The notes: generated by a model from the letters alone, not told the origin. A DNA stretch of 64,000 nucleotides from Chrysomallon squamiferum (GCA_012295275.1 CM022665.1:46376001-46440000); one strand, 5' to 3'; counted from the stretch's first letter, positions 1-13,561 are shown. A program made the numbers and translations.

Positions 1-137
1 TTGACAGTGTTTTTGTGAAGTGGCAGACCTCAAACAAAGAGGAGAAGAGACTGAACAGAACTAAACACACAAGAATCAGTGATCGATGCACACTTGAAAC
101 AGAAAAGACGTTTCGCTTTATCAGTTATCAGAAACGT

Positions 138-545
138 GTAAATGATTGTTAGTTCTGTGTAAAGTTTGTTTAGTAGTAATCCAGGAATAGAGATATATAG
201 GTGGTGGTGGTGGTGGTGGGGGTTATGTAAATGATTGTTTAGTAGTAATCCAGGAACAGATATATAAGGTGGGGGGGGGTTATATAAATGATTGTTAGAT
301 CTGTGTCAAGTTTGTTTAGTAGTAATCCAGGAACAGATATATAGGTGGTGGGGTTATATAAATGATTGTTTAGTAGTAATTCAGGAACAGATATATAGGT
401 GGTGGTGGGTTATACAAATGATTGTTAGTTCTGTGTAAAGTTTGTTTAGTAGTAATCCAGGAACAGACATATAGGTGGTGGGGTTATATAAATGATTGTT
501 TAGTAGTAATTCAGGAACAGATATATAGGTGGTGGTTATGTAAAT
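138..545. repeat. Minisatellite with alternating long/short monomers (about 130-140 bp dimer x3)
   Basis: Six monomers share AAATGATTGTT...TAGTAGTAATCCAGGAACAGATATATAGGTGG; monomers 1, 3 and 5 carry an extra AGTTCTGTGTAAAGTTTGTT segment. Confidence 0.9.
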
Positions 546-711
546 TGATCATACAAATGAACTGTTACTATTTTCAATGTGACTTTTCTTAAAGGATTCT
601 GGGAGAAGATCTAGGGGGTGGGTTTATGCAGGAAAGCAGTCTCAGATATATATTTTTTTATATTGATTTTTAGTTTGATTTATAAATTGAACTGATCTTC
701 TAGTTTAATGT

Positions 712-751
712 AAAAAAAAAAATAAAAAAAAATAAAAATTAAAAACAAATA

Positions 752-797
<46 letters not shown>

Positions 798-1086
798 TAA
801 AATAAAAAAATAAATAAATAAATAAACTAATACTTTTTAAAAATTTCTGTTAAAGATATATTGAACTGTGGGCTTTATGGGTTTTGAGATAATCCCTTTA
901 ATCCCACAAGATAATCTCTCTTGGAATGTTCGTGAAATACACTGTCTTCAATATCAAAAGACAACGTTCAAAAACAAATGTCAAAAAAAACATGGGATAT
1001 CTTACTAAGTACCATTCAATACTTTAAAACTCAGATCTGCATTTGCGAAGACAAAATTAAAATAACACACATACAACTAAATCTGC

Positions 1087-1125
<39 letters not shown>

Positions 1126-1130
1126 AAAAC
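712..1130. repeat. A-rich region with (AAT)n and (AAAT)n microsatellites
   Basis: (AAT)n at about 753-792, (AAAT)n at about 1088-1125. Confidence 0.85.
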
Positions 1131-1564
1131 CCTCATCTTTCAACACATTTACATCCACCTCTGAAAATATCTTTTGTACTGAAAGTGTTGTCCTTTTCTT
1201 TCTTCTCTTTGTGTTTATTTTTATTTCATTTTTTTTTTTAAATTACTTATTTATTATTTTATTATCATATTTCACACACATCTAGAATCTCCTCCAATTT
1301 TCTTTTCTTTTGTTTCTCTTATCTTTTGTCTTCTTTTTTTTTTTTTTTTGTCTTGTAATTCACAAAGCATCCATTTTAACCCTCTTCACTGATATATGAA
1401 ATAATGGCTGCGTCTATCAATTTTTGATTAGTTTCAAAACAAAAGATTCAGTGTCTGTTTTCGCGGGTGTGGTTATTTGTTGGTCGGAAAGAGAAACTAG
1501 TCAGGCAGTATTGGAAGTAATGTTGGTTATGTAGATAAGCTCGTGCATTTCTTTTATGTAATGC

Positions 1565-1718
1565 AATATGTATGTGTGCATAGGTGCATATGTGAACACA
1601 CACAAACATACACATATACACACAGACACAAAGACATATCTTTGAATATATTGTTGCATGTTTTCATGTAAACATGTTTGATGTATGTACATATATATGT
1701 ATGTAAATATATATACAT

Positions 1719-1753
<35 letters not shown>

Positions 1754-2225
1754 CATATACATATATATACATTAATATAAATATATATATATATATATAT
1801 ATTAGCATGTGGTTATGTTTAAACTTTGATGTTCAAATATTTATGTATGCTTGTTTTTTGTGTAGTATGTAATTATGTTGATATCTGTAAGTTTATAAAT
1901 TTTTATGTTTTTGTAAGAATGTGATTATATATGTATATGTGTGTGTGTGTATATATGTATATGTGTGTATACATATGTGTATGTGTGTATATATTTGTAT
2001 GTTTGTGTCATGTGTATATATGTCTGTATAAGTATATGTATGTGTCTGTATGTGTGTTTGTCTCTGAATGTGAATATTATATTGGAGTATATGTATTTGT
2101 ATGCATGTATATATATATATGTGTTTATGTGTCTGCATGTGTAAATTATGTGTATCAGAATATGTGTGTGTATGTATGTGGCTTGTACGTTAGATCTAAA
2201 TCAGATATATTTATGTGTGAGTATG
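1565..2225. repeat. Compound (CA)/(TA)/(TG) low-complexity block
   Basis: CA/TA-rich part at about 1600-1800, then TG/TATG-rich part at about 1930-2220. Confidence 0.85.
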
Positions 2226-2269
2226 TCCTTGTATCTACGCAGTATGTTAGATCTAAATCAGATATATTT
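2189..2269. repeat. 24-bp direct repeat, 57 bp apart
   Basis: GTTAGATCTAAATCAGATATATTT at 2189 and 2246. Confidence 0.85.
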
Positions 2270-3239
2270 TCTGTACCTGGTGTTTGTCCAATTCTAATCA
2301 ACTGTGAAATACATTTCTGTATTACACGTGTGTAAATACCGCAGAGGAGATAATTACTGTAACAAAAAACTCTTGTGGTTATACAATATTTCCCACAGGC
2401 CACCTCTCACTTCACTTATTAGTTAAATATTTAAGACACACAAACACACACAGGATAAACAGACACAGACAAAACCCTCGAACTGACTGTGTTTACGAAG
2501 CCAAAAAAAAAAATGAAAGAAAATATTTTAATTTTACAAGTAAGAAAATGTGTAAACAGTAATTAAACAGATTTAATTAGGTAATTAAATGCTATAACAG
2601 AGTTTATAAAGGTCCTGATTATTTAAGTAAAATTTTTCAAGCTGATCTTGTAAACATGGTTTTTCGACATTTTCTAATGACATTTAACAACTGTAAGTCA
2701 AATAACACTGCACTGGTTGGAATGGGGAAAAAAAATAATAATGAAATATCTGAATGCAAAACTGAATTTAATTAATTTTGTTTCTTTTTATATCTGATGT
2801 TATGCAGAATTTCATAAAATAAATTTTTAAAAATGTTTATTATTAATATTTTTTTTTTTGGGTTTTGATTTTACCATGATGTCTAGGAATTTCTGCTTTG
2901 AATGAATTCTTCTCCGATATATTTTTACAGGATTATGTGGCATTGTGAACTCTCCTGACTCTGAAGATGTGAAAAGCAGATTACTGTGACAAAAACCACC
3001 TGATCCCTTCATACAGCTAACTGGAAATATCTGGGTCATCTTTCCTTCTTCTTTTCTTTTTTTTTCTGTAATTTTTGCAATTTCTTTAACATTTTTTTTT
3101 TTTTTTTTAGACAAATGTAAAAATAAAAACTGTCATAAATATTATAGAGATATATATATTGACTTGTTTGTGTTCTGTATCATGTACTTCAGATATAAAA
3201 CACATCTTTATATAATACATCCATGTATTCTCACAAAAT

Positions 3240-3348
3240 ATATGCACATCATATGTATATGCTGCATATATATATATATATATAATTTATATACACATAT
3301 ACACAGACACACATACACACACATATATATCCACACATACACATACAG

Positions 3349-3379
<31 letters not shown>

Positions 3380-3710
3380 ATGACATACATGCATGTGCAC
3401 AAGTACACACAAACAGTATTTGTATATGTGTGCTTGTGTGTGTGTGTGTGTGTTTGTGTTTGTGTGAATATGTGTGTATATATATATATGTATCTACAAA
3501 TGTGTGGTTGTATATATGTATAACTCTTGTGGTATATATATATACCTGTATATATATATATATTAATATATATATATATATAAGTATATCTGTATGTATG
3601 CTTTTATGTATGTATGTGTATAAGTGTATAGTATGTATGTAATTCCTACCTGTGCATGCATGCATGCACATATCTATCTATGTACGCATGCACATTCATA
3701 TTTATGCATA
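3240..3710. repeat. (CA)-rich block followed by (TG)/(TA)-rich block
   Basis: CA-rich at about 3290-3415, TG/TATG-rich at about 3420-3660. Confidence 0.85.
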
Positions 3711-3739
3711 TTTAACACCCTAATGCAATTATTTCACTT

Positions 3740-4215
3740 TACTGCTGCTGTGCGATACACCAAGTATGTAACCCCAGTGCAGTAATTACTTTACGTAACA
3801 TACATAATACATGCACAGCAATTTCATAACCGATACATTAAAACTCAGCATTTCTGCGATTTCGCAGATGAAAACTAAAAACGAATAATGTATTAACAGA
3901 GTTGAACGCAACTCGAACGTTCAATGCGGCATCACTGAAACGACGATAAGAAGCAGACTCGACAAGAAATAATTATTCATATACGTGCAGTATTCAAATC
4001 GCCATGGCATCAAAATGGTCGACTTGTGGTCTCACAAGACAGATTTTTTTTTCTTTTCTGTTCATGGTTAGTGTTATAGGCGCTGGTAAGTGACTTGTCC
4101 CCACGGAAACCTGTGGAATCCAATTACCTCAACATTTACATAATACGGACAAGCCTGATAAACTGGTTATAAACGGACATTTTTGTACCCCCCCATCCCC
4201 CACACCCCTCCAAGA
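3740..4215. promoter_or_regulatory. CpG-retaining unique island, candidate cis-regulatory element
   Basis: Many CpGs relative to flanks; CGCCATGGC...CAAAATGGTCG at 4000-4021; X-box-like GTCCCCACGGAAAC at 4097-4110. Confidence 0.35.
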
Positions 4216-4471
4216 GTTTTGAATTTTCATCCGTTAGATTCATACAAATAAAACAATTTGTGGGCAAGTTATCTCTTCATCTGAAAGATAAAAAAAAATT
4301 TTGGTAGCATAAACAGGGTTTGATTAGCATATTCTTCAGTATGGATGGATTGTTGGTTGGTTTGTGGTGGGATGAAATCAATATGATAATTGTTGTTGTT
4401 CATTGTTTGGTAAGCAGATTCATTGGGAGCTGTTAGTTGAAGATAATCGCAGAGAGGGAAAGCTGTTAGTT

Positions 4472-4611
<140 letters not shown>

Positions 4612-4732
4612 ACATCATGTACAGGTTTTATTTTGTCAATAGCAGGACGGTATTAATAAAATGATTTACATGTTTTAGCTTTTGTTGCCAAGTTTTTTTG
4701 GCTGGAGTAAAAATCTATAATGGTTTTACTTG

Positions 4733-4733
4733 T

Positions 4734-4774
<41 letters not shown>

Positions 4775-4818
4775 ATAATAATAATAAAACAAATAATAAT
4801 AATAATTAATAATAATAG

Positions 4819-4853
<35 letters not shown>

Positions 4854-5095
4854 TAGTAGTAATAATAATAATGATAATAATAATAATAATAGTAGCAGTA
4901 ATAATAGTAATAGTAGTAGTAGTAGTAGCAGTAGTAGTAGTAGTAGTAGTAGAAGTAGCAGGATCAGTAACAGTAGTAGTAGTAGTAGTAGTAGTAGAAA
5001 TAGTAGTAGTAGTATAATAATAATAATAGTTTTAATAATAGTAGTAGTAGTAGTAGTAGTAGTAATAATAAGTAATAGTAATAATAATAATAGTT

Positions 5096-5130
<35 letters not shown>

Positions 5131-5178
5131 TAATAATAACAACAACAATAACAACAACAACAACAAAAACAATAATAA
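4733..5178. repeat. Compound (TAG)n/(TAA)n/(CAA)n trinucleotide repeat
   Basis: Direct reading. Confidence 0.93.
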
Positions 5179-5556
5179 CCACAAGAACATTTCAACTGTG
5201 GTTATCTTGATGATGACGATAATGCACCGAAAAAGATTAAATAAAATATTTCTTCTTCTTCTTCTCTTGTAATTCTCATCAACGTACAGCGTGTAACACA
5301 ATTCTCATTGATTTTCACTGAAACCGGAATAAAAACATATCTGACAGCTGAACAGACCTGTAATTCCTTTTCCTTAGAAAAAGAGAAAAAACCCAAATTC
5401 TAAATTTAATATTTCTCATCAAGTTCTCTCTCTCTCTGTTTCTTTTTTTCTGACATGGTTCTCTGGTGAGCTCAGAAGATGTTGTTTATAGAAAAAAAAA
5501 AAACTTTTCATAGATGTAAATTTACATATGACACGATGTTTGATAAATCTTAGTTC

Positions 5557-5950
5557 GAGTTTCGGTTAGAATGGGGAAAATAGACCTGTACACAGAACTG
5601 TTGAGTTCTGGTCTAGAATGGGAAATAGGTCTATGTACAGAACTGTCGAGTTCTGGTTAGAATGGGAAATAGCTCTATGTACAGAACTGTTGAGTTCTAG
5701 TTAGAATGGGAAATATAACTATGTACAGAACTGTTCAGTTCTGTTTAGAATGGGAAATAGCTCTATGTCCAGAACTGATGAGTTCTGATTAGAATGGGAA
5801 ATAGCTCTATGTACAGAACTACTGAGCTCTATCTAGATTGGAAAACAGAACTATGTACAGAACTGTTGAGTTCTAGCAAGAATGGGAAAATAAAACTGTG
5901 GATGTGTGTTCTAGTTAGAATGGGAAACAGCCCTTTGTACAGAACTGGTG
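5557..5950. repeat. 44-bp minisatellite, about 9 copies
   Basis: Consensus GAGTTCTGGTTAGAATGGGAAATAGCTCTATGTACAGAACTGTT; consecutive copies at 5648 and 5692. Confidence 0.93.
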
Positions 5951-6010
5951 AGGACAGACCCAGCTATTTACTACGAGCCAGTAGAGTATTCTAACCACTG
6001 AGTTTCACAT
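5950..6010 (-). mobile_element. Degenerate tRNA-like SINE head
   Basis: Minus strand reads AACTCAGTGGTTAGA (A-box-like)...CTGGGTCTGTCCTC (decayed B-box-like) at tRNA-like spacing. Confidence 0.35.
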
Positions 6011-6099
6011 ACAAGAAGAAGAAGAAGAAGAAGAAGAAGAGTTTGGTCCAGGCTTCACATGAACTATTACCCAGAAGAAAAGAAAAAACTTTGGCTTCG

Positions 6100-6460
6100 A
6101 TGTGAAGAATAAAACTAAGCTGTAAACTGCAGACCTCCCACTGTGAAATTCCCCTTTTGCATTCCCAGTCACACGGGCCAGAGCAGAATGAAGTGGCAGC
6201 ACTTCGCAGCAGTCACTTCAAGCAGGCACTTCGACACTGGTTGACAAGACGAAAAACCAAGATGGCCGCCCTCTTCAACACGTCTGCTCGCTTCTTGAGA
6301 ACGAAAGGAGGCGATTTGCGACTATGTCATGTGTGTGTGTGTGTGTGGTCAGGGATGCTGTATGTAGTGTCTGCTGGCTGTTGCCGTAGGCGATGTTGAT
6401 ATCTGATGATGTGCTGTTTGTGGTACTTGTTGTAAAAATGTCGGGCGAAGTGTGTGTGAA
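6100..6460. promoter_or_regulatory. CpG-retaining island with YY1-type site
   Basis: CAAGATGGCCGCC at 6258-6270; GTTGCCGTAGG RFX-like half site at 6380. Confidence 0.4.
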
Positions 6461-6510
6461 GTCATGTGTGTGGAATGTTGTTTTGTACTTCTCTGGTGTC
6501 TGACTGGAAA

Positions 6511-6780
6511 ATGATGATGTGATTCATGATGATGATGATGATGATGTTAATGATGATGATGATGTTGTTGATGATGTTAATGATGCTGCTAATGATGAAG
6601 TTAATCATGTTAATGATAACTATCATGCTGCTAATGATGATGATGATGCTAATGATAATTTTGATAATGATGATGATGATGCTAATGATGATGATGCTAA
6701 TGATGATGATGATATTAATGACAATTTTGATAATGATAATGCTAATGATAGCAGTAAAAATAATGACAATGATGACGATG
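6511..6780. repeat. Imperfect (GAT)n/(AAT)n repeat
   Basis: Direct reading; it explains the poly-Asp and poly-Met ORFs. Confidence 0.9.
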
Positions 6781-6889
6781 TGTCCCAAATAAAATAATAA
6801 ATATTTAAATTTCTTAATGTTGCAGATTTTATAGTCATGACAGTACATACCATACATCTTTATAAAGTATGAGAGAATAAACAGTTATA

Positions 6890-7233
6890 AAGAAAAAAAA
6901 GATCAGAAAAAAAGGAAAAAACAAAACAAACAATCAATCATTTATTAATAATATAAATAGACAGAGAGATAATGAAATAATTATATAAAAAATAAATAAA
7001 TAAGAAAATAAGAAAAAACAATAATAAATAAATGAATAAATAAATATATAAATAAAAACAAATAAATAAATAATGAAAATAATAAATTATTAGATAATAA
7101 ATACATAGATAAATAAACAAATAAATAAATAAAATAGTATAAAAAATAAAATAAAGTAAAATAAAATAAAACAAAACAAAACAAATAAAACAAAATTAAA
7201 TAAAATTCAAAAATAATAAACATAAAAAAAAAA
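6890..7233. repeat. (AAAT)/(AAAAT)-rich low-complexity tract
   Basis: Direct reading. Confidence 0.85.
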
Positions 7234-7237
7234 TCCT

Positions 7238-7292
7238 CCACCATGATTTGAACCCACAACCTTACACCACTTGCAACACTCAAGCCCACATT
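7238..7292 (-). mobile_element. Degenerate tRNA-like SINE head with B-box-like motif
   Basis: Minus strand AAGGTTGTGGGTTCAAATCATGG; GGTTCAAATC at 7245-7254 resembles the Pol III B-box GGTTCGANTC. Confidence 0.4.
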
Positions 7293-7614
7293 ACATAATC
7301 CCAGAATTAACAAGAGATTTTAAAAATCTGCACCTAGCCTCAAAATGTCACGCACACATTATCACCATGAAGAAGAAGAAGAAGAAGAAGAAGAAGAAGA
7401 AAAAAAAAAAACCTAACAACAACCATGTAATAATAATCTTCACAAAACCACGTTGACCTTCGTGACCTGGCTCTTCTTAGAAATGTCAAAAATATATTGA
7501 TCATGTGATTTAATAAAGGACAGGAGTCAGGCAGAAAACTTAATAACCGAAGAGGAGCATTCTGCACCTTCCAGGCATGATGAAACATATTGCACTGTTT
7601 CTTAAGAGATGACA

Positions 7615-7647
<33 letters not shown>

Positions 7648-8369
7648 AACAACCCAACCAATGATGTTATAATGAAAAGGTCATGAAAATTTGAAAATGT
7701 TAAAGATTTTTTTTTTTTTTTTTTTTTTGTTGTTGTGGGGGGTTGTTGTGTTGGGGGGAGGGGGGGAGAGTGAGGAATGGTTAAGAAAAGTGGAAGGTTT
7801 GTTAAGATATATATTTTTTTGGTTTAAAAATGGTTGTATTTGAAGAAAAATATTTTGTTCTTTAATTTTACTGAAACCAGAAATATACAATTAATTGTTC
7901 AAACCTGTTTTTTGATAAATAATTAACAGGAAATACACTGGCATTCAAATTACATGTTCTGTACATATTATAAAGTATTTTGCCCTTAATAAAATGAAAT
8001 AAAAATAAAATAAAAAATATATACTAAGTGAGGAACTACATGATAAAAAAGATTATTAGATATAAAATTTTAAACACTTTTTGTATTTTATCTTCTTGCT
8101 AAATGTCTTTTTATTTATTTATTTTTTAAATCAATTTATTTCAATTTTCTATTAATTTCTTTTTTCATTTGATTATTATTATTGTTATTATTACATTGCT
8201 AGATAAAGTTATCAGTTAATAAAAAAATAAACATAATTACTTCATCTTTGCTGTTACAAAATTAAACACTTTTGTATTGATTTGTTTTCAAGTGTCACAA
8301 GTTAAAACCATTTTAACACACAGACTAATAATCAAATATGTGACATGATGTGTATACAAATCTACAGAA

Positions 8370-8702
8370 ACACAAACACACACACACACACAGACACACA
8401 GTCACAAATACTGAAACAGATACCCTCTATCCTTCATTCTTTATTTCTCACTTTCTGTCTCTGTCTGTCTGTCTGTATGTCTCTCACACATAAATACTCA
8501 GAAACCCTCTTATCTTTCATTTTTTCTCTATCTCAAATACTCACACTCTTTCTTTCTCTCTCTCTCTCACATCAACACACACACACACACACACACAGAC
8601 ACACACACAGACACACACAGACACACAAACACACAGACACACACACATACACACACACACACACATAGACACACACACAAACACACAAACACAAACACAC
8701 AC

Positions 8703-8740
<38 letters not shown>
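8370..8740. repeat. (CA)n/(CT)n compound microsatellite
   Basis: Direct reading. Confidence 0.9.
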
Positions 8741-8741
<1 letters not shown>

Positions 8742-8825
8742 TAAATTATTTACAGTTTGACTGTGACACATTACAGAAGAAAAACCGAGTAGAAAAAAAC
8801 AAAAAAAAACACATCAATCAGAAAA

Positions 8826-8890
8826 GTGTTCAGTTCTCAGTACAAGCGAACTGATCTGCAGGTCGTGGGATCAACTCCCAGAGCCAGACA
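8826..8890 (+). mobile_element. Degenerate tRNA-like SINE head
   Basis: AGGTCGTGGGATCAACTCCC (8860-8879) resembles the tRNA variable-loop/T-arm AGGTCGTGGGTTCGANTCCC. Confidence 0.4.
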
Positions 8891-8924
8891 CAGTCATACA
8901 TCAGTGCAGAATGATGATGAACTA

Positions 8925-9389
8925 ACAGGAAAATATGTCCACTGTACAAACACACTGATAAATAGCTTTTCTCCTAACACCACGGGAAAATATGTCCACT
9001 TTACAAACACACTGATAAATTTTTTTCTCCTAACACCACAGGAAAATATGTCCACTTTACAAACACACTGATAAATTGCTTTTCTCCTAACACCACAGGA
9101 AAATATGTCCACTTTACAAACACACTGATAAATTGCTTTTCTCCTAACACCACAGGAAAATATGTCCACTTTACAAACACACTGATAAATTGCTTTTCTC
9201 CTAACACCACAGGAAAATATGTCCACTTTACAAACACACTGATAAATTGCTTTTCTCCTAACACCACAGGAAAATATGTCCACTTTACAAACACACTGAT
9301 AAATTGCTTTTCTCCTAACACCACAGGAAAATATGTCCACTTTACAAACACACTGATAAATAGCTTTTCTCCTAACACCACGGGAAAAA
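8925..9389. repeat. 57-bp minisatellite, about 8 near-identical copies
   Basis: Unit CAGGAAAATATGTCCACTTTACAAACACACTGATAAATTGCTTTTCTCCTAACACCA; matches the 19-aa period of the ORFs at 8894 and 9001. Confidence 0.97.
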
Positions 9390-9419
9390 CTGTGTGGCAG
9401 TACACGGATAGTGATTTTA

Positions 9420-9841
9420 TGTGTGTGTATGTGTGTGTCTGTGTGACTCTCTGTCTGTGTGTATGTATGTGTGTGTGTGTCTGTGTGTGTGTGTGACTCT
9501 CTGTCTGTATATATGTGTGTGTGTGTTTAAGTGGGATGAACTAATATGTATGTATGTCCATTAATGCATTCATATATATATATATATACATGTCTGTATG
9601 TATATTTGTTTGACACCACAGGCAAATGTATGCATGCATGTATGTATGGATGTATGTATTTATGTATGTATGTGTGTATGTATGTATGTGTATGTATGTA
9701 TGTATATGTGTGTGTATATATATATGTATGTATGTGTATGTGTATGTGATATGTATGTGTGTATGTATGTATGTATGTGTGTGTGTATGTCTGTGTATGT
9801 ATGTATGTATGTGTATGTGTATGTATGTATGTGTATGTATA

Positions 9842-9877
<36 letters not shown>

Positions 9878-9987
9878 TGTATGTATGCATGCATGCATGC
9901 ATGCATGCATGCATGTGTGTATGTATGTATGTCTGTCTGTCTGTCTGTCTGTATGTATGTATGTATGTATGTATGTATGTATGTATG

Positions 9988-10018
<31 letters not shown>

Positions 10019-10325
10019 GTATGTATATATATATGTATGTATGTATGTATATATATATATATATATGTATGTATGGTATATGTATGTATGTGTGTATGTA
10101 TGCATGCATGCATGCATGCATGCATGCATGTAAATATGTATGTGTATGTCTGTCTGTCTGTCTGTCTGTCTGTATGTATGTATGTATGTATGTATGTATG
10201 TATGTATGTATGTATGCATGCATTCATGTATATATGTATGTATGTCTGTCTGTCTGTCTGTCTGTCTGTATGTATGTATGTATGTATGTATGTATGTATG
10301 TATGTATGTATGTATATATATATAT
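9420..10325. repeat. Compound (TG)/(TATG)n/(CATG)n/(TCTG)n block
   Basis: Direct reading. Confidence 0.95.
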
Positions 10326-10705
10326 GAGGTGCTACAGATATTTATGTATATACTTGTGAGTATATTTCTGTCTACATTTTCTTTTTTCAAATCAGACACT
10401 AAAAAGCCTCTAAAAACTAAATTAACGAGTTGAGGTCAAGAGATGACCTGAACTTGAAAAAAAAAAAAACCCACAAAAATAGTAAATCAAAAACTGACTT
10501 AATGAAAAAAAATAAAATGGAATAAACACTTGAACAAACAACCAAACAACCAAACAAACAAATATATATAAAAAAAAAAATAATAATAAAAAAAAAAAAA
10601 TAAAAAAAACGAGAGAGATGTGTCCAATCCATTTTGCTTTAGAGCTCTGAATAAAGCCATCAATGACTGGGAAAAAAAAAGTGAGCTAGTGAAAACGATA
10701 GCATG

Positions 10706-10736
<31 letters not shown>

Positions 10737-10806
10737 GGAATGAGAATGAAATTCATGAAATATATTCAACTAAGGATAAAAAGAAGAAGAAAGGGGAAAA
10801 AAAAAA

Positions 10807-10837
<31 letters not shown>

Positions 10838-11059
10838 GCGGTCTGGTTTAGGGTTAACAAATATTGTGTGAAAGTGATTGGGAGAATGACAATGGACTGC
10901 GACGTTTGACAAATGACTTTTCTCATCCAAGATGAATGCAGAGCAACAACTCATGTTTGTACAGGCTCTTTATATAAAAAAATAAAAATAAAAAAAATAA
11001 AAAAAAATTTAAAAAAAATAAAAAATAAAAAATAAAAAAAAAATGAAAAAAAAATCGCT

Positions 11060-11073
11060 GTTGCCATGACAAC
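11060..11073. promoter_or_regulatory. RFX X-box-like motif
   Basis: GTTGCCATGACAAC, one mismatch from the palindromic GTTGCCATGGCAAC. Confidence 0.45.
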
Positions 11074-11354
11074 GGCTACAGTTCCTGGAACCACTTAATG
11101 CAAAAAGATGGAAGAGTTAGTGGCATCAGCAGGAGCAGAAGATAGAGAAGAAGCAGCAGCTCTTCGATGCAGTTTTATAATTCGTTGTGTGGTTTCAAAA
11201 ATGGTTTAATAATTTCGTGTTGTAAATATAAATTTTTTTTTTTTTTTTTTTTTTTATCCCGGTCCACCCATGTCCCCTTTCTGTTTCAGTGTTTTTTTTT
11301 TTTTTTTTTTTTTATTTTTTGTTTTTATATTTTAGTGTTTTTTTTTATTTTTAT

Positions 11355-11770
11355 ATTTTCAATATTTTTTTCTAATTCAATATTTTTTCTATTTTAGTGT
11401 TTTTCTAATTCAGTATTTTTTCTATTTTAGTATTTTTCTAATTCAATTTTTCTAATTCAATTATTTTCTATTTCAATATTTTTCTATTTCAGTATATTCC
11501 TAATTCAATATTTTTCTAATTCAATCATTTTCTATTTCAATATATTCCTAATTCAATATTTTTTCTATTTTAGTGTTTTTCTAATTCAATATTTTTTCTA
11601 TTTCAATATATTCCTAATTCAATATTTTTTCTATTTTAGTGTTTTTCTAATTCAATATTTTTCTATTTCAGTACATTCCTAATTCAACATTTTTTCTATT
11701 TCAGTATATTCCTAATTCAACATTTTTTCTATTTCAGTATATTCCTAATTCAATATTTTTCTATTTCAGT
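11355..11770. repeat. T-rich minisatellite, about 16-bp subunits forming about 33-bp dimers
   Basis: Alternating (TT)CCTAATTCAATATTTT and TTCTATTTCAGTATA units. Confidence 0.85.
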
Positions 11771-12093
11771 TTTTATTTATTATTTTTTTTATTTCAATAC
11801 ATAATGTTGCACAAGAAGAGGTATTCTGAAAAATACGTGACACTAAAGGTTTTTGAAATTTTATTGTCTAAAATTAATTAAAATACGAAGCAATCCAACT
11901 AAGTGAGTTTTTACTGAATAAATCAAATCTGAGATAACTGCAGTAAGTGAATTAAATCTTGATAAAATTGTATTACGATACATTTTAGTGTGTGTGTGTG
12001 TGTGTGAGTGATCACAGTAATACTTCACCACAATAAGATGTATTTACAAATATATCACAATACAGTTTTGTATTTCATCAGAAGTAAGGCAGA

Positions 12094-12134
<41 letters not shown>

Positions 12135-12404
12135 GTATTAAAAATTGACTAAAAATATTAATTATTCATCACTGATCTATTCATACCTCATGATTTATGG
12201 TCTTCTGGAAGGTAATGTTTATCTGATATTTTTCGAAATAAACACAAGTGTATATAATACTCTTGTATTGGATTGGTTCATGGTTTTCAGAGACATGTGG
12301 TGGTCATTATAAAGTAATAAAATTATTTGTAATCTGCATCTAATTTTAATACTAATTAACAGTATGGCTCTGGATATTAAATTATTAAGTTTCGTGTGTA
12401 ACAG

Positions 12405-12725
12405 TGACAATAATAATGATAATAAAATTGCTGCTGCTGATGATGATAAAATGATGATGATGAAGAACAAGACGATTACAATGACAATAATAATGATAAT
12501 ACTGAACTAAATTAAAGATATATTAATGATTTAGCCCTACCATAATACACTACTACTAAAAATGATGATGATGATGATAATGATAATGATGATGTTAAGA
12601 TGATAATAATAAGATAATGATGATGATGCTCATAACAATGATGATAATAACTGATGATAATAATGATGATGATAATTATGATAATAATGAAAATGATGAT
12701 GATGATAATTATGATTATAATTATG
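12405..12725. repeat. Imperfect (GAT)/(AAT) repeat
   Basis: Direct reading. Confidence 0.8.
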
Positions 12726-13561
12726 TCAAAGAACAAGAAGATTAAACTTTATCTTAATTTAATTAATTAAATGAAATGAATGATATAACTCAACAATGAC
12801 ACCTTTCAGATAACAAAAACAGCTTCAAAAACCATTTCTAACACAGAAAACACAGCTCACAGAAAAACAACAGGAACCACATACCATGACTTTAATAACC
12901 ACTATCAATTATTTTTTCTTTTTTTTTAAAAATAAAAAATAAATTCCTACTCATTTAACATACTAACACATTTTCTTCCAATTAAAACACAATCCACACT
13001 TTCTTGTAACCAACCTTCTACCATTCAAACACCATTCACATTCCTTTTTTTGTTTCCCTGTGTCTATTACAAGCGTGCTTGATCTTTCTAATGCGTATAT
13101 GTACTTAAATGTTTGATCTGATCACAGTGCAACTGTTCAGAAAGCTGAACTATTCAATCAAAGCTTTAGAAGAAGGTTCAGGTCTTTCTTGTACATCTCT
13201 GTGTGTGTGTGACACATTTATCAATATTGCAACACCTACATTTATCTAACGCAGATTACAGAAAAGTACTGCATGTATGTTTTTTTGTGTATTATCGGTT
13301 CTGTGTGTCTGTTCTTCCTTGTGTACATTCTGGATCTGTCAGACATGGAGGCCATTTAAAAACACTCAGCTTGCAAAGACTGGAAGGTAGTAAGTGTAAG
13401 TAACTGCCTTTATCTTTCGTTTTTTTTTTTTTTCCCATACAACACATTTTTAGATAATAAATCTAGTTTGACTTTGAAACTCTGGAAGATAAAAAAAAAA
13501 AAAAAAATATTCTTACTTCAGTTTTTAAAATAATGATTAAATAATTTTTTTAACACTTTCA

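Noticed and set aside
2931-2989. Possible plus-strand exon after TTTTTACAG (xLCGIVNSPDSEDVKSRLL*)
   Set aside because: Short, no recognisable protein and no supporting partner exon
6519-6797. Asp/Asn-rich ORF resembling acidic biomineralisation proteins
   Set aside because: No ATG start, signal peptide or clear splice context; single substitutions in a GAT frame cannot create stops, so openness is uninformative; similar (GAT)n tracts occur at 12.4 and 40.7 kb
8894-9405. Cys-containing 19-aa repeat ORFs (DIFSCGVRRKAIYQCVCKV)
   Set aside because: Product of a 57-bp minisatellite that is open in two minus-strand frames, with frame switches at the array edge and near-identical units giving no codon-level signal
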